A stretch of 63,423 nucleotides of DNA, the filler included, from Reclinomonas americana ATCC 50394 (Eukaryota), in NCBI GenBank assembly GCA_048213135.1. It is 5 parts of 3 records of this genome, joined end to end, with 100 filler letters (N's around TTAATTAATTAA, not from the genome) between each part and the next. Parts side by side here need not be neighbours in the genome. Positions count along the whole stretch, not along the records: positions 1 to 12,895 come from PS015403.1; 4 more parts are not named here. The stretch is one strand, 5' to 3'. The position numbers were made by a program, and so were the translations under genes. Positions 1-12,895 of the stretch are shown here, piece after piece. The notes beneath the pieces are model-generated. The model saw nothing but the letters and a program-made list of their open reading frames with translations, did not search any database and was not told the DNA's origin. Each line of letters begins with the position of its first letter. Position 1 is the stretch's first letter.

Positions 1-3000
1 TGCCGTGAGAGAATGCATGGGCGAGTGAGCGAGTGAGCGTAATTGTTGAGAATTGCCCGACCTCTCCCAAAGCCACGAGACACTCACCTCGTGTGGATCT
101 CATCGCCAGTGCGATCGAGGAAACCGGTGTTGATAAAGAACACGCGCTCAGCGGCCTCTGAGATGCACGCAGCAATGTTGACACTTGTGCGACGCTCCTC
201 GTCCATGATGCCAATCTTTATCGTGCGTGGTGGCAACTCCAGAGCTGTGACGATGTGAGCGCATGAAGCGCAAGCCCTCCCGCCATCACTACGCGCGCAC
301 CTTCCTCCACCGCCGCAAAAAAGTCACACACGAACGCCACCTCCTCCGGACCGTGCATCTTCGGCTTGACAATGTACAGGCTGCCTGCTCGCAGATGGTG
401 TCGCTCGGCAGCCGGCTTGCGCAGCTCATGGAGTGCCGCCACCGCAGACACCAGCGCTGCACAACTTCCGTGTGTGAGAAAAAATCACGCATTCCTCTTC
501 TTCCCCTGCAAAGCACTCACCATCCAAAAAGTGCTCGGGCGTCGGCTCGCCATCTGCCGTGCACACAGCGTCACTGTACATGTGCAGACCGACGTTGCGA
601 ATGAGGAGGAGACTGCGACCCGGCAGCGAGAACGAGCGGCCATTGTGTGGCGCCACGTAGGTGCGATCGGGTGCGAGACCGCGCGACACGGTGCGTCCGT
701 CCTTGCTGAACGACGCCTCGAGCGTGCCCTTCATCAGACCCAGCCAGTTGGCGTAGCAGCGTGCCTTGTCGCGCCCGTCCACCACCGCCACACTGTCCTC
801 CAGGTCCATGATGGTGCTGAGCGCCGACTCCACCACCACGTCATACAGTCCCGCACGGTGCGTGCGGCCAATCGGATGCTGCGGGTTAATGAGGATCTCC
901 ACGTGCAGGCCGTTGTGGCGCAGCAGAACGCAGGTGAGTCGCTTGGATTGCGCGTCGACGCGGTAGCCCACAAACTGGTGCGTGTGTACCAGGCCGACAT
1001 TGGCGTTGGTGGCAGTGCGCAGTTGCAGGCGGTTGCCGTGCAGCACTGGAAGGGGGAGAGAGTGTGAGGGAAGAGAGAGGGGAAAGGGGGATAAAAGGAG
1101 ATTGGACACGCACCGAATTCGGTGATGGAGCTGAACGGGGTGCCGCCGGTGAGTGGGAACGTGGCGGTGAGGAACTCCTCGACCTTGGCGAACACGGCCG
1201 CACCGCGTGCGGGATTGTACTTGCCGTCGGCGTTGCGGCGCAGTGCGCCCTCCTCCGGCACGGCGTTGGTGCCGTAGAGGGCGTCCAGCAGACTGCCCCA
1301 GCGTGCATTGGCCGCGTTCAGCGCAAAGCGCGCGTTGTCAATGGGGCACACCAGCTGCGGTCCGGCCACGTCGGCCAGCTCCGGGTCGACGTTGGTGGTC
1401 GTCACCGTGCGCCACTGCGATGGGAGGGAATGAGAAGGTGGACAAGAAAGGGTCATGGAGGAGGAGGGGGTGAACCTTGGCGTCCTCCAGCGGTGCAATG
1501 TAGCCAATGTCGCGGAGGAAGAGGGTGTAGGCGGCGACGTCCGTGGGTTTGTCGGCGTGGTCCTCGTGCCAGCAGTCGATCCAGGACTGCGAAAAGAGGG
1601 AAAGGATGAGCATTAGGGGAAGGGAAAGGGAAAAGGGGGGGAAGGGGGAAGGGGAAAGGGAATGGGGGAAGGGAAGGGGGGCAGGAGAGTTGCAGAGACG
1701 GAGGCAGAGCGGAGGAAATCTGACACACAGAAGTGGCTACTGAAACAAGTTGGAGATGACAGCAAACGCTCGTTGAACGAATTGTGTGTGCGTGTGCGCG
1801 TGTGTGTGAGCGAGAGGGAGAGGGAGAGAGAGAGAGCGAGAGCGACCACACTTCGAATAGACAACGAAGGTGCAGTCGACTTTGCCGAGGACGAAGGGAA
1901 GACAGAAAGACGAATCAAGAGGAGTCAGAGAATAGGCGAGAGGCGTGAAGGAACAGCCGATAGGACGATTGAATTGTGCGGAGAAGGAAAAGACTAAAGA
2001 CAACAGCGAAATAGCAGTGAGGGCAGGAGAACCCGTTTCAGTCAGCAGAGAACTGTACTCCATCAAAGAGAAGTGGACAATTAGGCGAGAAAAGACGGAA
2101 GACCAGCAGGGAGATGGCAGAGAGGACAGAAGCGAGAACTGCACTCAGCCAAAGAGAAGAGGACAGACTGCCAAACAGCAGAGACGACAGCAGAGAGGGT
2201 ACTTACAAGCGGCAGAGAACTGCACTTAGCCAAAGAGTTGAGGACGAGGAATGAAGGAAGACCAGCAGAGAAGAGGCACAGAGGACAGAAGCGAGAGCTG
2301 CACTCCGCCCAGGAGCGAAGAAGATCAGGCGAGGAGGGAGAGCAGACAGCAGAACCAGAAGCGAGAACACCAATCAATCAGCTGCTACTGCTCAACCCCA
2401 AAGAGTAGAGGAGGACAGAAATGATGACACCACTCAGTCAGCAGAGAACTGCACTCCGCCGAAGAGGAGAGGACCACCTCTTAGCTTCCTTTCCCATTCC
2501 TCCCTCCTCTTCATCACCTGCAACTCATCACGCCGCTCCAACAACTCGCGATTTCGCTTCCCAAATCGCTGCGTCAAATCGCCCAACAATCGCCAAAACC
2601 GCTCCGCACTCAACCCCGTCCCCGCCACCAGCTCATCACGCACAAACGACACCAATATCGGTTCCACACGGAGTCCACTGCGGAGAAAAAATGAAGAGAA
2701 TCTCAGCATCTTTTCATCTTTCTCTCTGTCTGTGAGGGGGGTGAGTGCTGCACCTCACTGCGCTCTCAGAGGCTGTCTCCTCCACGCGCACAGACACGTC
2801 ATCACTGCTGCTGGAGCTGCAGCCTTCGTTGCTGAGAAGATGGTTGGAAACCTGCACAGTGAGAGAGTGAGAGAGTGAGAGAGGGAGAGAGGGAGAGTGA
2901 AGGAGAGTGAGAGAGTGAAGGAGTCTGTGAGAGAGTGCGAGTGTGAGTGGGAATGTGAGGGGAGAGTGAGAAAGAGGGGAGAGTATTCGAATAAGTGTGG

Positions 3001-3335
3001 GAAAAGTGTGTGGAAGTGTGTGAAAGCGTGTGTGAAAGTGTGTGAAAGCTGTGTGCAAGTGTGAGAGAGGGAGAGTGTGTGAGTAAGAGAGTGAAAGTGT
3101 GCAAAAGAGAGTGAAAGTGTGCAGAAAGTTTGTGAAACTGTGTGCAAGTGTGTCGGAAGGAGAGTTTGTGTGTGAGAAAGAGCAGTGAGTGCACATGTGT
3201 GTGAGCGAGTGCATGTGTGAGTGTGAAAGTGTGCAAAAGTCCGAGAGTTTTCTCCCTCATTTTCGTTCGTCTTTCTCTCCCTCCCTCTCTGTGCCACTCA
3301 ACAATGCGTACGCGACGGAGCAGAGTGTCACTCAT
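1..3335 (-). CDS. glcB: Malate synthase G (bacterial GlcB type) with N-terminal PTS2; multi-exon, 3' end runs off the window
   Basis: Spliced exons give [17 protein letters not shown]..., [89 protein letters not shown] and [12 protein letters not shown]...[16 protein letters not shown], all MSG hallmark motifs. ATG at 3335; exon 1 is 3335-3303 and exon 2 starts at 2851. Confidence 0.93.
2050..2465. repeat. Degenerate intronic tandem repeat (core GAGAACTGCACTC/TAGCCAAAGA), about 5 copies
   Basis: The core recurs near 2050, 2135, 2215, 2295 and 2444 inside a long malate synthase intron. Confidence 0.7.
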
Positions 3336-3372
3336 TCGCTCTTTGCCTTTCTTTTGCACGTGAAAGTCACTC

Positions 3373-3702
3373 GATTTCGGTCGATTGGCACTCCACGCAT
3401 TTCGATTCAACTCGGGTCGCGCGCCCACACACACACATGCGCTGCCCTGTGCTTCACGCACTGCTGCTACTGACCTTGACAGTCTACATAGCGCTGACAA
3501 CAACAGCGTTTGCCTGTGAATGCGATTGCGAGTGCGATTTCGGTCGATTGGCACTCCACGCATCTCGATTCAACTCGGGTCGCGCGCCCACACACGCACG
3601 CATGCGCCGCCCTGTGCTCCTCGCACTGCTGCTACTGGCCTTGACAATCTACATAACACTGTCAACAACGGCGTTTGCTTGTGAATGCGACTGCGAGTGC
3701 GA
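3373..3702 (+). repeat. Direct tandem duplication (~165 nt) of the proximal promoter, ATG and signal-anchor segment
   Basis: CGATTTCGGTCGATTGGCACTCCACGCAT...GCGAGTGCGA occurs at ~3373 and ~3535. The ATGs at 3437 and 3602 are in frame. Confidence 0.9.
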
Positions 3703-6364
3703 CTGCTTGCATCCTATTGCACCACCTCCTACCACTCAGCCTCCACCCACTGCTGCACCTCCATCCACTGCTGCAACCGAGGAGCTGACTGGTGCAGAAG
3801 TGCTGCGCGACTATGTCGACTTTCACCGCGCAAGTCGCGCAGAGACGCCCACCTCGACCTCGCAAGTGCGTTGGTTGGTGTTTCAGGAGCCAAAGACGGC
3901 CGCGCTCGCCGAAGTGCTGCACGGAGCCGTTTCTGCGTTTACAGTAGCCGTGCTGACACGCAGAGTGTTTGTGGTACGCGAAGAATGACGTCACTTTGAT
4001 CGCACATGTTGAATTGAAGTTGAGTTGTCGTGAAGGTGGCTCCGGCGGTCGGGCGACTGCGCATGTTGTTTGACCCGGCCGAGGTCGACTGGGAGGCGCC
4101 GGCCAGCGGGATTGCACAACTCGTGTCCATGTTTCGCGCGCTTTCAACTTGTACTACCACCACTGCATATTAACGACTGACCAAAGTGCACAGTGCGGCC
4201 AAGATCGACATGCGAGCGGCGCATGAGACGCCGGATGCCGAGCGGTTGCTCTGCGAGGACCTGCTGAGCTCGTTGAGTGGGCGCGTGATTGTGGTGCATG
4301 CGGATCAGTACTTTGTGGAGGTGTTGCGGCACAACTTGGCGCTGAAGACGCGCTATCGTGATTTGTTGGGCGCGCTCGATGGGCGTCTCTTTCGCACGGT
4401 GATGGAGGTGCTGTTTCGTCCGCGGGCGGCTGTGCAGACCGCGGTTGATGCGTATGTGAAGACGTGGCCGGAGAAGGTGTCGGTGGTGGGCTTGGCGGTG
4501 TCGAGCAGGGCATCGGAGGTGAGATCACAAGGAGAGGGAGGTTGCTGTGCCGAGGGTTTTCAAGTTGTGGTCGCGTGCAGGGCGTTCGTGATACGTTTCT
4601 CAATTGTTTCGACCGTGCGGCGCACACTACGGGGTTCCTTGAGCACTTTGCCGTGCGTGCGGTGTTGGTGAGTGTGCCCGATGATACGGGTGCGTTGACG
4701 ACGGTGGGCACGCAGGAGAGGGCCGGGAAGGTGAGGACGAAGGGGGAAGGGAGAAGGGTAGAGAAGGCGGAAGAAGGGGGAAGAGGGGGGAAGAGGGGGG
4801 AGAAGGGGGAAAGAGTGAGAGGAAGGGAAGAGGAAGGAGGAAGGGAGGCATGGGGAAGGTGAGGACGAAGGGGGCAGAGAAAGGGAGAAGGGAGGGAGAG
4901 GTAGGTGAAGATGAAGTGAGGAGAAGAGGAAAGGGGAGAGGAAGGAGTTAAGAAGGTTGAGCAAAGTCCACTGAAGGGACTGTGATCGTGGTGGATGACG
5001 GCAGAAGTGATAATGGAAGGGAGAATGACAAATAGGAGAGGGGGAGCACTGGCCCCTCGGTGAGCAAATGTGAAAGAGTGCGAAAGGCGATGGAGGCAGT
5101 GGAGATCAGAGTGGAAGAATGAGGCGCAAGAAGTGAAAAGAAGGGGAGGGAAGAGCAACGGTAAGAGCAAGGGGAGGGAAAGAGACGGAAGAACAGGAAA
5201 GCCCACTCTGAAGCTGAAAGGGAGGAGGAGGAGGATGAAGGCAATGTAAGAGATAGGAGAGAAGGAGAGCCCACCGGCGTTGAAGCTAAAGGGGAGGAGG
5301 AGGAGGAGGAGGGGGAAGAGGAAGGCAACGAAGCATTCCGCACTCGCATTTCACCCTTGCTGTTCTGCGGCGCCGAGCGATTTGTGTTGCTCATCGAGAC
5401 CACCACCGAGTTCGAGGCCACCGTGTACGGCGGGCTGTTGGCAAAGGCCAGCATGGCGAAAGTGTTCTCTGCGCAAGGACAGGGGGAAGTAGAAGTGAAG
5501 CATGCGAAGAGGAAGGTGGGAGAAAAGCACCAGTAGAGCACGTGGCAAAAGCGTTGGAGCGAGAAGTGGCGAGGATGGACGAGGAGAAAGCGGAAGGGAA
5601 AAAGAAGTGGGCGAGGGAGAAGAAAGAGAAAAAGGAGAGCGAGAGAGGAATGGCGAATGGAACGGAGACGGGGAGGTAAAGGGGGACGAGCAAGGTGGAA
5701 TGGATGGGAGGAGAAAAGGTGAAGTGGAAGAAGTTGGCAGTGTGGCAAGATGGAAGAGGGGAGAGCGATGAAGAGAAAGGGGGAAAGCAAGGGGAGAGCA
5801 ATGGGCGGAGAGAGGTTCCAAGAGAGTGAAGTGTTTTCTCGAATAGACAGTTTCCTCCTTCCCCTTTTCCTCCCCCCATTTCCTTCCCCNNNNNNNNNNN
5901 NNNNNNNNNCCCTTTCTCCTTTCCCCCTTCTCCCTTCCCCCTTTACTCCCTTTCTCCCCTTTTCTCCCCTTTCCTTCCCCCCTTTCTCCCCCCTTTTTCG
6001 CTCACCCTTCTTCAACCAGTTCCTGGGCCGCATCCTGCTGCCTCCCCTGACGCTGGCCGAACGACCGAGTCAGATTCACCAGGAGGACTGGGAGCAACTC
6101 GTCGGCCTGCTGGTGCTGCTGCGCACGGAGCACATGATTGTTGGCGTGCAGTCGGCGTTCGGGCAGGTGGCGTATGCGTGGCGCGGGGTGCGACCGCTGG
6201 TCGTCATGGGCGTCGATCGGTGCATGCAGGATGTGACCACGGAGCCGATTATGACGGCGTGGGCCTCGCGCATTGTCGACGCGCCGTGCTATCCCAGCAC
6301 GAGTCCGTTCGGGAGTGGGCTGGCCGATGCGTGGACGCTGAACCACGTGTTGCCGAGAATATGA
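3437..6364 (+). CDS. Type II membrane GT37/xyloglucan-fucosyltransferase-like protein, multi-exon, catalytic motifs degenerate
   Basis: N-terminal signal anchor and Pro/Thr stem. WLVFQEPKTAALAEVLHGAVSAFTVAVLTRRVFV, ADQYFVEVL, VLFRPRAAVQ, QLVGLLVLLRTEHMIVGVQSAFGQVAYAWRGVRP and CMQDVTTEP parallel the plant FUT1 motif order. Confidence 0.65.
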
Positions 6365-6427
6365 AGTGAGAGTCCCTCTCCCCATATCATTGTGAGACTA
6401 TCGCATCTACATTCCGATTCTTGATTT

Positions 6428-9400
6428 TCATGTGGCTGGCGGTGATGCCGGGGTGACTGCCGCTGTCGCTGCCGGCTTGGGCGACGGTTTGGGAGCAGGC
6501 GCCTGTATTGCGGCGTACTTGTCCTGGTTCTCAAACGTGGTCGCATCCGGCGACGCGCCCTTCTTGATCAGCAACTCCTCGGCGCGCTGCACCAATTCGG
6601 CCGACGTGCCCGACACCTACGAACACCATGTCAGCAAAGAATCTCCTTTTCTTCTCACGCCCCTCTCCAACTTCGCACCTTGCCACCCAGATCCTTGACC
6701 AGCGCCTTCAGTCGGTACTTGGTCAAATTCGCCACCGCCTTGCCAAGATTCGTGGTCGGCGGTGGTGGTGGCGGCGCCGGCGGCTTCTTCTTGGTGGCCG
6801 GCTCCCCATCCGCGCCGCCATTCTGCCGATCCTCACCACCCGCATCGTCATCCTCGCGCGGTCGCTTCTTGCCGTGCTTTTCCTTGCTCTTCTTCTTCTC
6901 CGACGACGGCTTCTCGTCCTCGTCCATTGGCGCCGCGCCGCTGCCGATCGAGTCCATGCTGAGTCGCCGCTTCAGCTTCTTCTCGGCCTTGCGTCGCTTC
7001 CGCTCCTCCTCCGTCTCGCCCTCGTGTCGGTGCTTGTGTTTGTGCTTGTGCTTGTGTTTCTTCTTCCGCTCGGCATCGCTCCCCTCTCCCTTGTCATCGC
7101 CGTTCTCGCCCTCGTGCTTCCTCCGCTTCTTCTTCTTCTTCTTGTCCCCCTCGTCCTCCTCGCCCGAGCTCTCCGCTCCGGACGAGGCTGTGGTCGATGT
7201 CGTCGACGTATTGGCCTCGTCCTTCCTCTTCTTCTTTTTCTTCTTCTTGGCCTCGGCGTCGCCGTCGGCGTCTTGCTCCTTTTTCTCCTTCTTGCTCTTG
7301 CTCTTCTTGTCGGTCGGCGTGCTGCCGTCCTTCTTGGCCTTGCTCTTGCCGCCGGCAAAATCGTCCATCGTGGTCTGTCGCTTGGCGCTCTTGCTGTCTT
7401 GCGGAGTGGACTTGGTTGTTGCTGTTGATGATGATGATGGAGCAGGCATGTCCTCGGCGTCGGCCAGGTCCGTCAGTGTGGCGCCGCCGGATTCCAAAAA
7501 TCTGAGTGGAACAAAAGTGAGCATGTGCAGGAGAAGGGAGAAGGGAGAAGGAGGGGGGAGGGGAAGCACCTTCTCGTCTCAATCACGGTCCAGAGGCGGT
7601 CGACCAGGGTCGGTCGGGTGCCGAGGACAGAGAGTTGCTCGGAGCGGAGAAGGCGAACGAGGTCGGGGCGTTCCATGGCGTTGAGGGTTTGGCGGGAGGT
7701 GATGGTGGAGAGGGAGAGGCCGCCTGTGTGAGGGGAAGGGAATAAGGGAAAGGGAATGGGGAAAGGAGAGAAGGGTAAGAGGGGGGAGGGAGGAGAGGAT
7801 GAAGGGGAAGGGGGAAGGGGAGAAAGGGAAGAATTCAGTGGATATTTACAGTTGCGAGCATGCGTGTGAACGAGTAAGATGGAGACGGGGGAAGAAGGGG
7901 GAGGGAGGAGAGGAAGGGAGAAGAGAGAGAAAGGGACGAATTCAGTGGATATGGACAGAGGGATTAACAATTGTGAGCACAAGTGTGAATGAGTAAGCGG
8001 GTGACGGGGGAAGAAATCAGTGGACATAGAGAGATTAACAATTGTGAGCACAAGTGTAAATTTGTAAGCAGGAGACGGGGGAAGAAGGGTGAAGGAGGAG
8101 AGGAAGATGGGGAAGGGAGAGAAAGGGAAGAATTCAGCGGATATTAAAAGTTGTCAGCATAAGTGTGATTGAGTAATAGACACAGAAGGGAATGGACAGA
8201 CAAAAGGTAAGAGATATACAGCGACAGTGCGAATGAGTGTGTGAATGAGAGTGACAACAAAGTGAGCGAGTGCGTGTGTGCAAGAGAGAGGGAGAAGAGG
8301 ACACACACAAACGCAAATGCTGGACACGGCACACGAAGATCACGAAAGCGCAGGGAGAATGACAGACACGCAGGCGGATGAACGACGAGTGGCATCAGGA
8401 AACGAAAGATACACGAAACGAGCACTGCAAAATTCAAACACACAAACTCCACAGAATGCGCAATCTGGAATTGACTTCGAAGTGGACAGAAGAATGCAAA
8501 CAGAGGTGTGCTTCCTTACGAACCTGACTTGCGTCGTGCAATGGCAGTTGGTGCTGAATTGGTGGTTGAGGTGGTCGATGAGGATGCTGACGATTTGCCT
8601 GGCGAGAAGTGAGAAGGGGAGACAACAGGGAGAACGGAGACAGTGCGCTCACCGCCAGCAGAGTCCGATTTCGACTTGCCAGCGCCGGATTTGGGTGTCG
8701 CTTTTGTCTTGTTGGCCGCCTTGGCCTTCGTACAATAGCGATGCGTAAGAAAAGGGCGACAATAACAAAGAGCAGTCAAGTGAGTGCGCAACTGCTGCGG
8801 TGTTCAGCGGGCGGTTCATGACGTGCTCCGCCACAATGTCGACCACTTCGGCTTCCTTAAGCGCGCGTCGGCCGTCGACCTCGTTGCGGACACGCTTGGA
8901 ATACTGTGTGCACGCGGCAGATATGAGAAGGGATAGAGGTGGGATGATGGGCACGAGGACAAGAAGGATGAAGGAGGAAGGAAGGCGCTGCAATTGAGCG
9001 AATGGTGAGCAGATGCACTGCAAGAAATCGGATGACAATTGCTCCCGCGAGATGGAGAGGAAGGGCAACAGAGAAAGGAAAGAACACGAGGCCATTGGTA
9101 CAGGAAAGTCGAGGCAAACTGAGACTATGGAATCTAAATCACATTGACACGAAATATGAGTGATGGAACCCCCTTGCGAGACACAGAAGATGATGACGAA
9201 ACGTTACGAATGATATCAAATCGCACAGCGAGGTGAGAGACGGACACGCTGGATACTACGAGCAATCGCTCCAAGTGAAGAATAACAAGCATCCACGACA
9301 GAAGGAAACAAAGAACCCTGAGTGACAGCCACGACTTGCATCGATGCCAGCATAAAACTCAGGACACGAAGAGAACGAGGACCGTCATCATTCCAATCGA

Positions 9401-11369
9401 TGGATGACAAGGAAACACGACAGACGGAGAAAGGGATACCAAAGAGAAAGCAGATGACCATTGTGTCCAAGCGACGGACGCCATGCGCTCCCGTGATAGA
9501 CGGAAACTCAGGACTGCTACAGTGTAGCGACCAACCTCACGATGCTTCTCGCCCTCCCACTCGTCCACATTCTTGCCGGCTCGAGTTGTCCAGGCGCTGC
9601 ACAGGTATATATGAGCGACAAAGTGAAGCGACGACGCTCTGCCACGATGCAACGCAACAATTGATGCGTGGCAAAGAAGATGATCAGAGTGTCGGCCTGC
9701 CCCCTCTTCGAGGACAACGCAGCCGTCGGCACTCGCTCGTGGAAAGATTCGGGCACAATGAGTGCGGGCCACGGTGGGAAGCCGGTCAAGCGGACCCACA
9801 GGCGATCGCGCTGCCACTTGGCTGCAAGGTGGGTGAAGGGGAAAGGGTGAGGAGTTGGGGCAAGTGCAACATGCTGACAAGTGAAAGGAAAGAGAGCGAT
9901 AACACGGATTATGCCCTGGTAGACGAACAGACAGACACTCAGACTTCTCTCACTCCGCACACTCAAACAAAGTGAACACGATGCTGTCTCTCGTTCGCAG
10001 ATTGATACACACAATCAGGCACATTGAATGCATGAACATGCACACAGACACACTCGAACTGTAACGCGCAGCAATCTCTCTCGAAGAGTACAGACACAAC
10101 AGACACACTAACACACAAGGACAGCCTCACACGCTGCTCTCGCTGAAGCAGGTGAACCAGAGTGCTGACAAGGCGATCACGGATGCACACATGCAACAGA
10201 CGGACACAGACACACAAGAACAGCCTCACACGCTGCTCTCTCGCTGAAGCAGGCGGACGGAGTGCTGACGAGGCGATCACGGATTGTAAACATACAGCAG
10301 ACGGACACAGAAGCACACAAACACACAAGAACAGCCATGCACGCTGCTCTCGCTGAAGCAGGTGAACGCAGTGCTGACAAGGCGATCACGGATGCACACA
10401 TGCAACAGACGTTTAGCGAAGCACACTAACACACGAGCTTCGCCATGCACGCTGCTCTCTCACTGAAGCAGGCGGACGGACTGCTGACGAGGCGATCACG
10501 GAGTGTAAACATACAGCAGACGAACAACGCACAAGCAAAGGTGCGCTTGCTGCTCTGTCCCACAAAGGGTGCAGTCTCGCACTTGCAGTGATTGGGAGGG
10601 TGAACACAAGCTCCTGATACACAAACACACGTGTACAGACGCGATTGGCGCTGACAGAAGCAAGGGCGACACGGTGCTGTCTGCGATTGCATGACAGCTC
10701 GCTCTCTCTCTCTCTCTCTCTCTCCTCTCTGCTCNNNNNNNNNNNNNNNNNNNNNNNNNNNNNNNNNNNNNNNNNNNNNNNNNNNNNNNNNNNNNNNNNN
10801 NNNNNNNNNNNNNNNNNNNNNNNNNNNNNNNNNNNNNNNNNNNNNNNNNNNNNNNNNNNNNNNNNNNNNNNNNNNNNNNNNNNNNNNNNNNNNNNNNNNN
10901 NNNNNNNNNNNNNNNNNNNNNNNNNNNNNNNNNNNNNNNNNNNNNNNNNNNNNNNNNNNNNNNNNNNNNNNNNNNNNNNNNNNNNNNNNNNNNNNNNNNN
11001 NNNNNNNNNNNNNNNNNNNNNNNNNNNNNNNNNNNNNNNNNNNNNNNNNNNNNNNNNNNNNNNNNNNNNNNNNNNNNNNNNNNNNNNNNNNNNNNNNNNN
11101 NNNNNNNNNNNNNNNNNNNNNNNNNNNNNNNNNNNNNNNNNNNNNNNNNNNNNNNNNNNNNNNNNNNNNNNNNNNNNNNNNNNNNNNNNNNNNNNNNNNN
11201 NNNNNNNNNNNNNNNNNNNNNNNNNNNNNNNACGACGACGACGACTACACGTACACAACACGACGACGTACGACGTACGACGTACGTACGTACGTACGAC
11301 GACGACGACGACGACGGACGGACGTACGTCGTCGTCGTCGTCGTCGTACGTACGTACGTACGTACGTAC

Positions 11370-11440
<71 letters not shown>

Positions 11441-11657
11441 TCCAACCACCGCATCCAACCATACTCACGTCGCTGGTTTTCCGCAGGCTTGATATCTTCG
11501 TCATCCTCATCATCGTCATCGTCATCCTCCTCGCTGCTGCTGTCGTCTTTCCGCTTGCCCTTCTCACTCTTCTTCTTGCGTGCATCGCCTTCGTCCTCTT
11601 CCTCATCCTCATCGTCACGACGACGACGGCGGCGACCACCGCCAGTGTCAGAGTCAA
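6428..11657 (-). CDS. PWWP-domain, two SAP-like domain, Lys/acidic low-complexity nuclear protein (5' end not resolved)
   Basis: Spliced exons at ~11657-11470 (acidic), ~9820-9660 and ~9597-9536 (WVRLTGFPPWPALIV...IIFFATHQFAW, PWWP), three exons in 8904-8524, ~7724-7571 (LNAMERPDLVRLLRSEQLSVLGTRPTLVDRL, SAP), 7501-6679 (K-rich, LTKYRLKALVKDLGGK) and 6617-6428 (VSGTSAELVQRA). Confidence 0.8.
10100..10530. repeat. Intronic tandem repeat, ~110-nt unit x4
   Basis: CACGCTGCTCTC..CTGAAGCAGG...TGCTGAC(A/G)AGGCGATCACGGA recurs near 10130, 10230, 10340 and 10450. Confidence 0.85.
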
Positions 11658-12336
11658 CTGTGACAAAGGGAGAGTGAGTGAGCAAGGGTGCAGAGTGAGG
11701 AGAGAGAGAAGGAGAGGGAGAGGGAAGGAATGAAGGAGGGGGGAAGGGGAGAGAGCGACTGGTGGATGGTGTGGCAAGACGAAGAGAAAGAGGGAGAAGA
11801 GCGAGAGTGAAGAATGAGGAAGTGAGTCGATGAGTGCGTGCGTGAGTGAGAGTGAGGGACACAGAGTGAGCATGAGTACACGGGAGAGATAGAGGGAGAG
11901 GGAGGAGGGAGTGAGGGAGGGAGAAATGGGGGAGAGGGGAAGAGAGGCAAAGAGAGTGCGTGAGAGAGAGAGAGAGAGACGGAGGGAGTGAATGCATGCG
12001 CTTGTCGTGTCTTCAGTGCTGTGTGAGCGAGTGTGCTACGTGAGGAGAGAGAGGGCGGAAGAGGGAGAGTGAGGGAGTGATAATGAGTGTCTCTTCTGTG
12101 TGTGTGTGTGTGAGTGAGTGAGTGAGTGGTGCGCTCGTTGTCTCTTTCGTGCTGTGTGAGCGTGAATGCGTGCATGAGAGAGAGAGAGAGAGAGAGAACG
12201 AGGTCGGAATGCACGAGACAATGCATCGCAAAATGCATTTCTTACACAATCGCACAATGCAACACGCTCATCTCTCTCTCTCTCTCTNNNNNNNNNNNNN
12301 NNNNNNNCGTACGTTGTACGTACTCGTCGTCTCTCT

Positions 12337-12414
<78 letters not shown>

Positions 12415-12655
12415 GCTGTGCACACTCTGCACACACTGCAAATGCATCGCCATTTCACTCTCTCTCTTTCACTCACACTTTGCTTCTCACTTTGCGCCCT
12501 GCCTTCTTCTCCTCTCTCTTTCTCTCTCTCACTGTCTCACTCTCTCTCTCTCTCTCACACTTTCACTGCGCACACTGCAAATGCATCATCTTCTCTCAAG
12601 AGGGAGAGAAAGAGAAAGAGTCAGAGAGACAGGTTCAGCAAAGGCACTCTCTCTT

Positions 12656-12687
<32 letters not shown>

Positions 12688-12791
12688 TCACACACACACA
12701 CACTCTCTCTCTCTTGCATTCACTTGCATTGCACTCTTCCTGCAACCCATCACCCTTCTTGTCCCCATCTCTCACCCTTGTCTCTCTGCAG

Positions 12792-12895
12792 GTGGACCTG
12801 CGTTTCCACCGGCGGCCGGTGGAGCGTTCTTTATGAAACCACCACAACAACAGCAGCAGCAACAGCAGCAACAACCGAGAGCTGGATTTGGGGCG
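12792..12895 (+). CDS. Isolated exon (GPAFPPAAGGAFFMKPPQQQ...RAGFGA), truncated at the linker; possibly the SAC3/GANP N-terminus
   Basis: Pyrimidine tract and CAG acceptor at 12791, followed by an open, coding-like frame with poly-Q and F/G content. Confidence 0.5.

Noticed and set aside
11232..11370. (TACG)n/(GAC)n runs, also near 19612-19850, 49474-49560, 60025-60135 and 60827-60912
   Set aside because: They occur only at gap edges beside microsatellites and mirror the TACG flow order of pyrosequencing, so they are most likely read-end artefacts.
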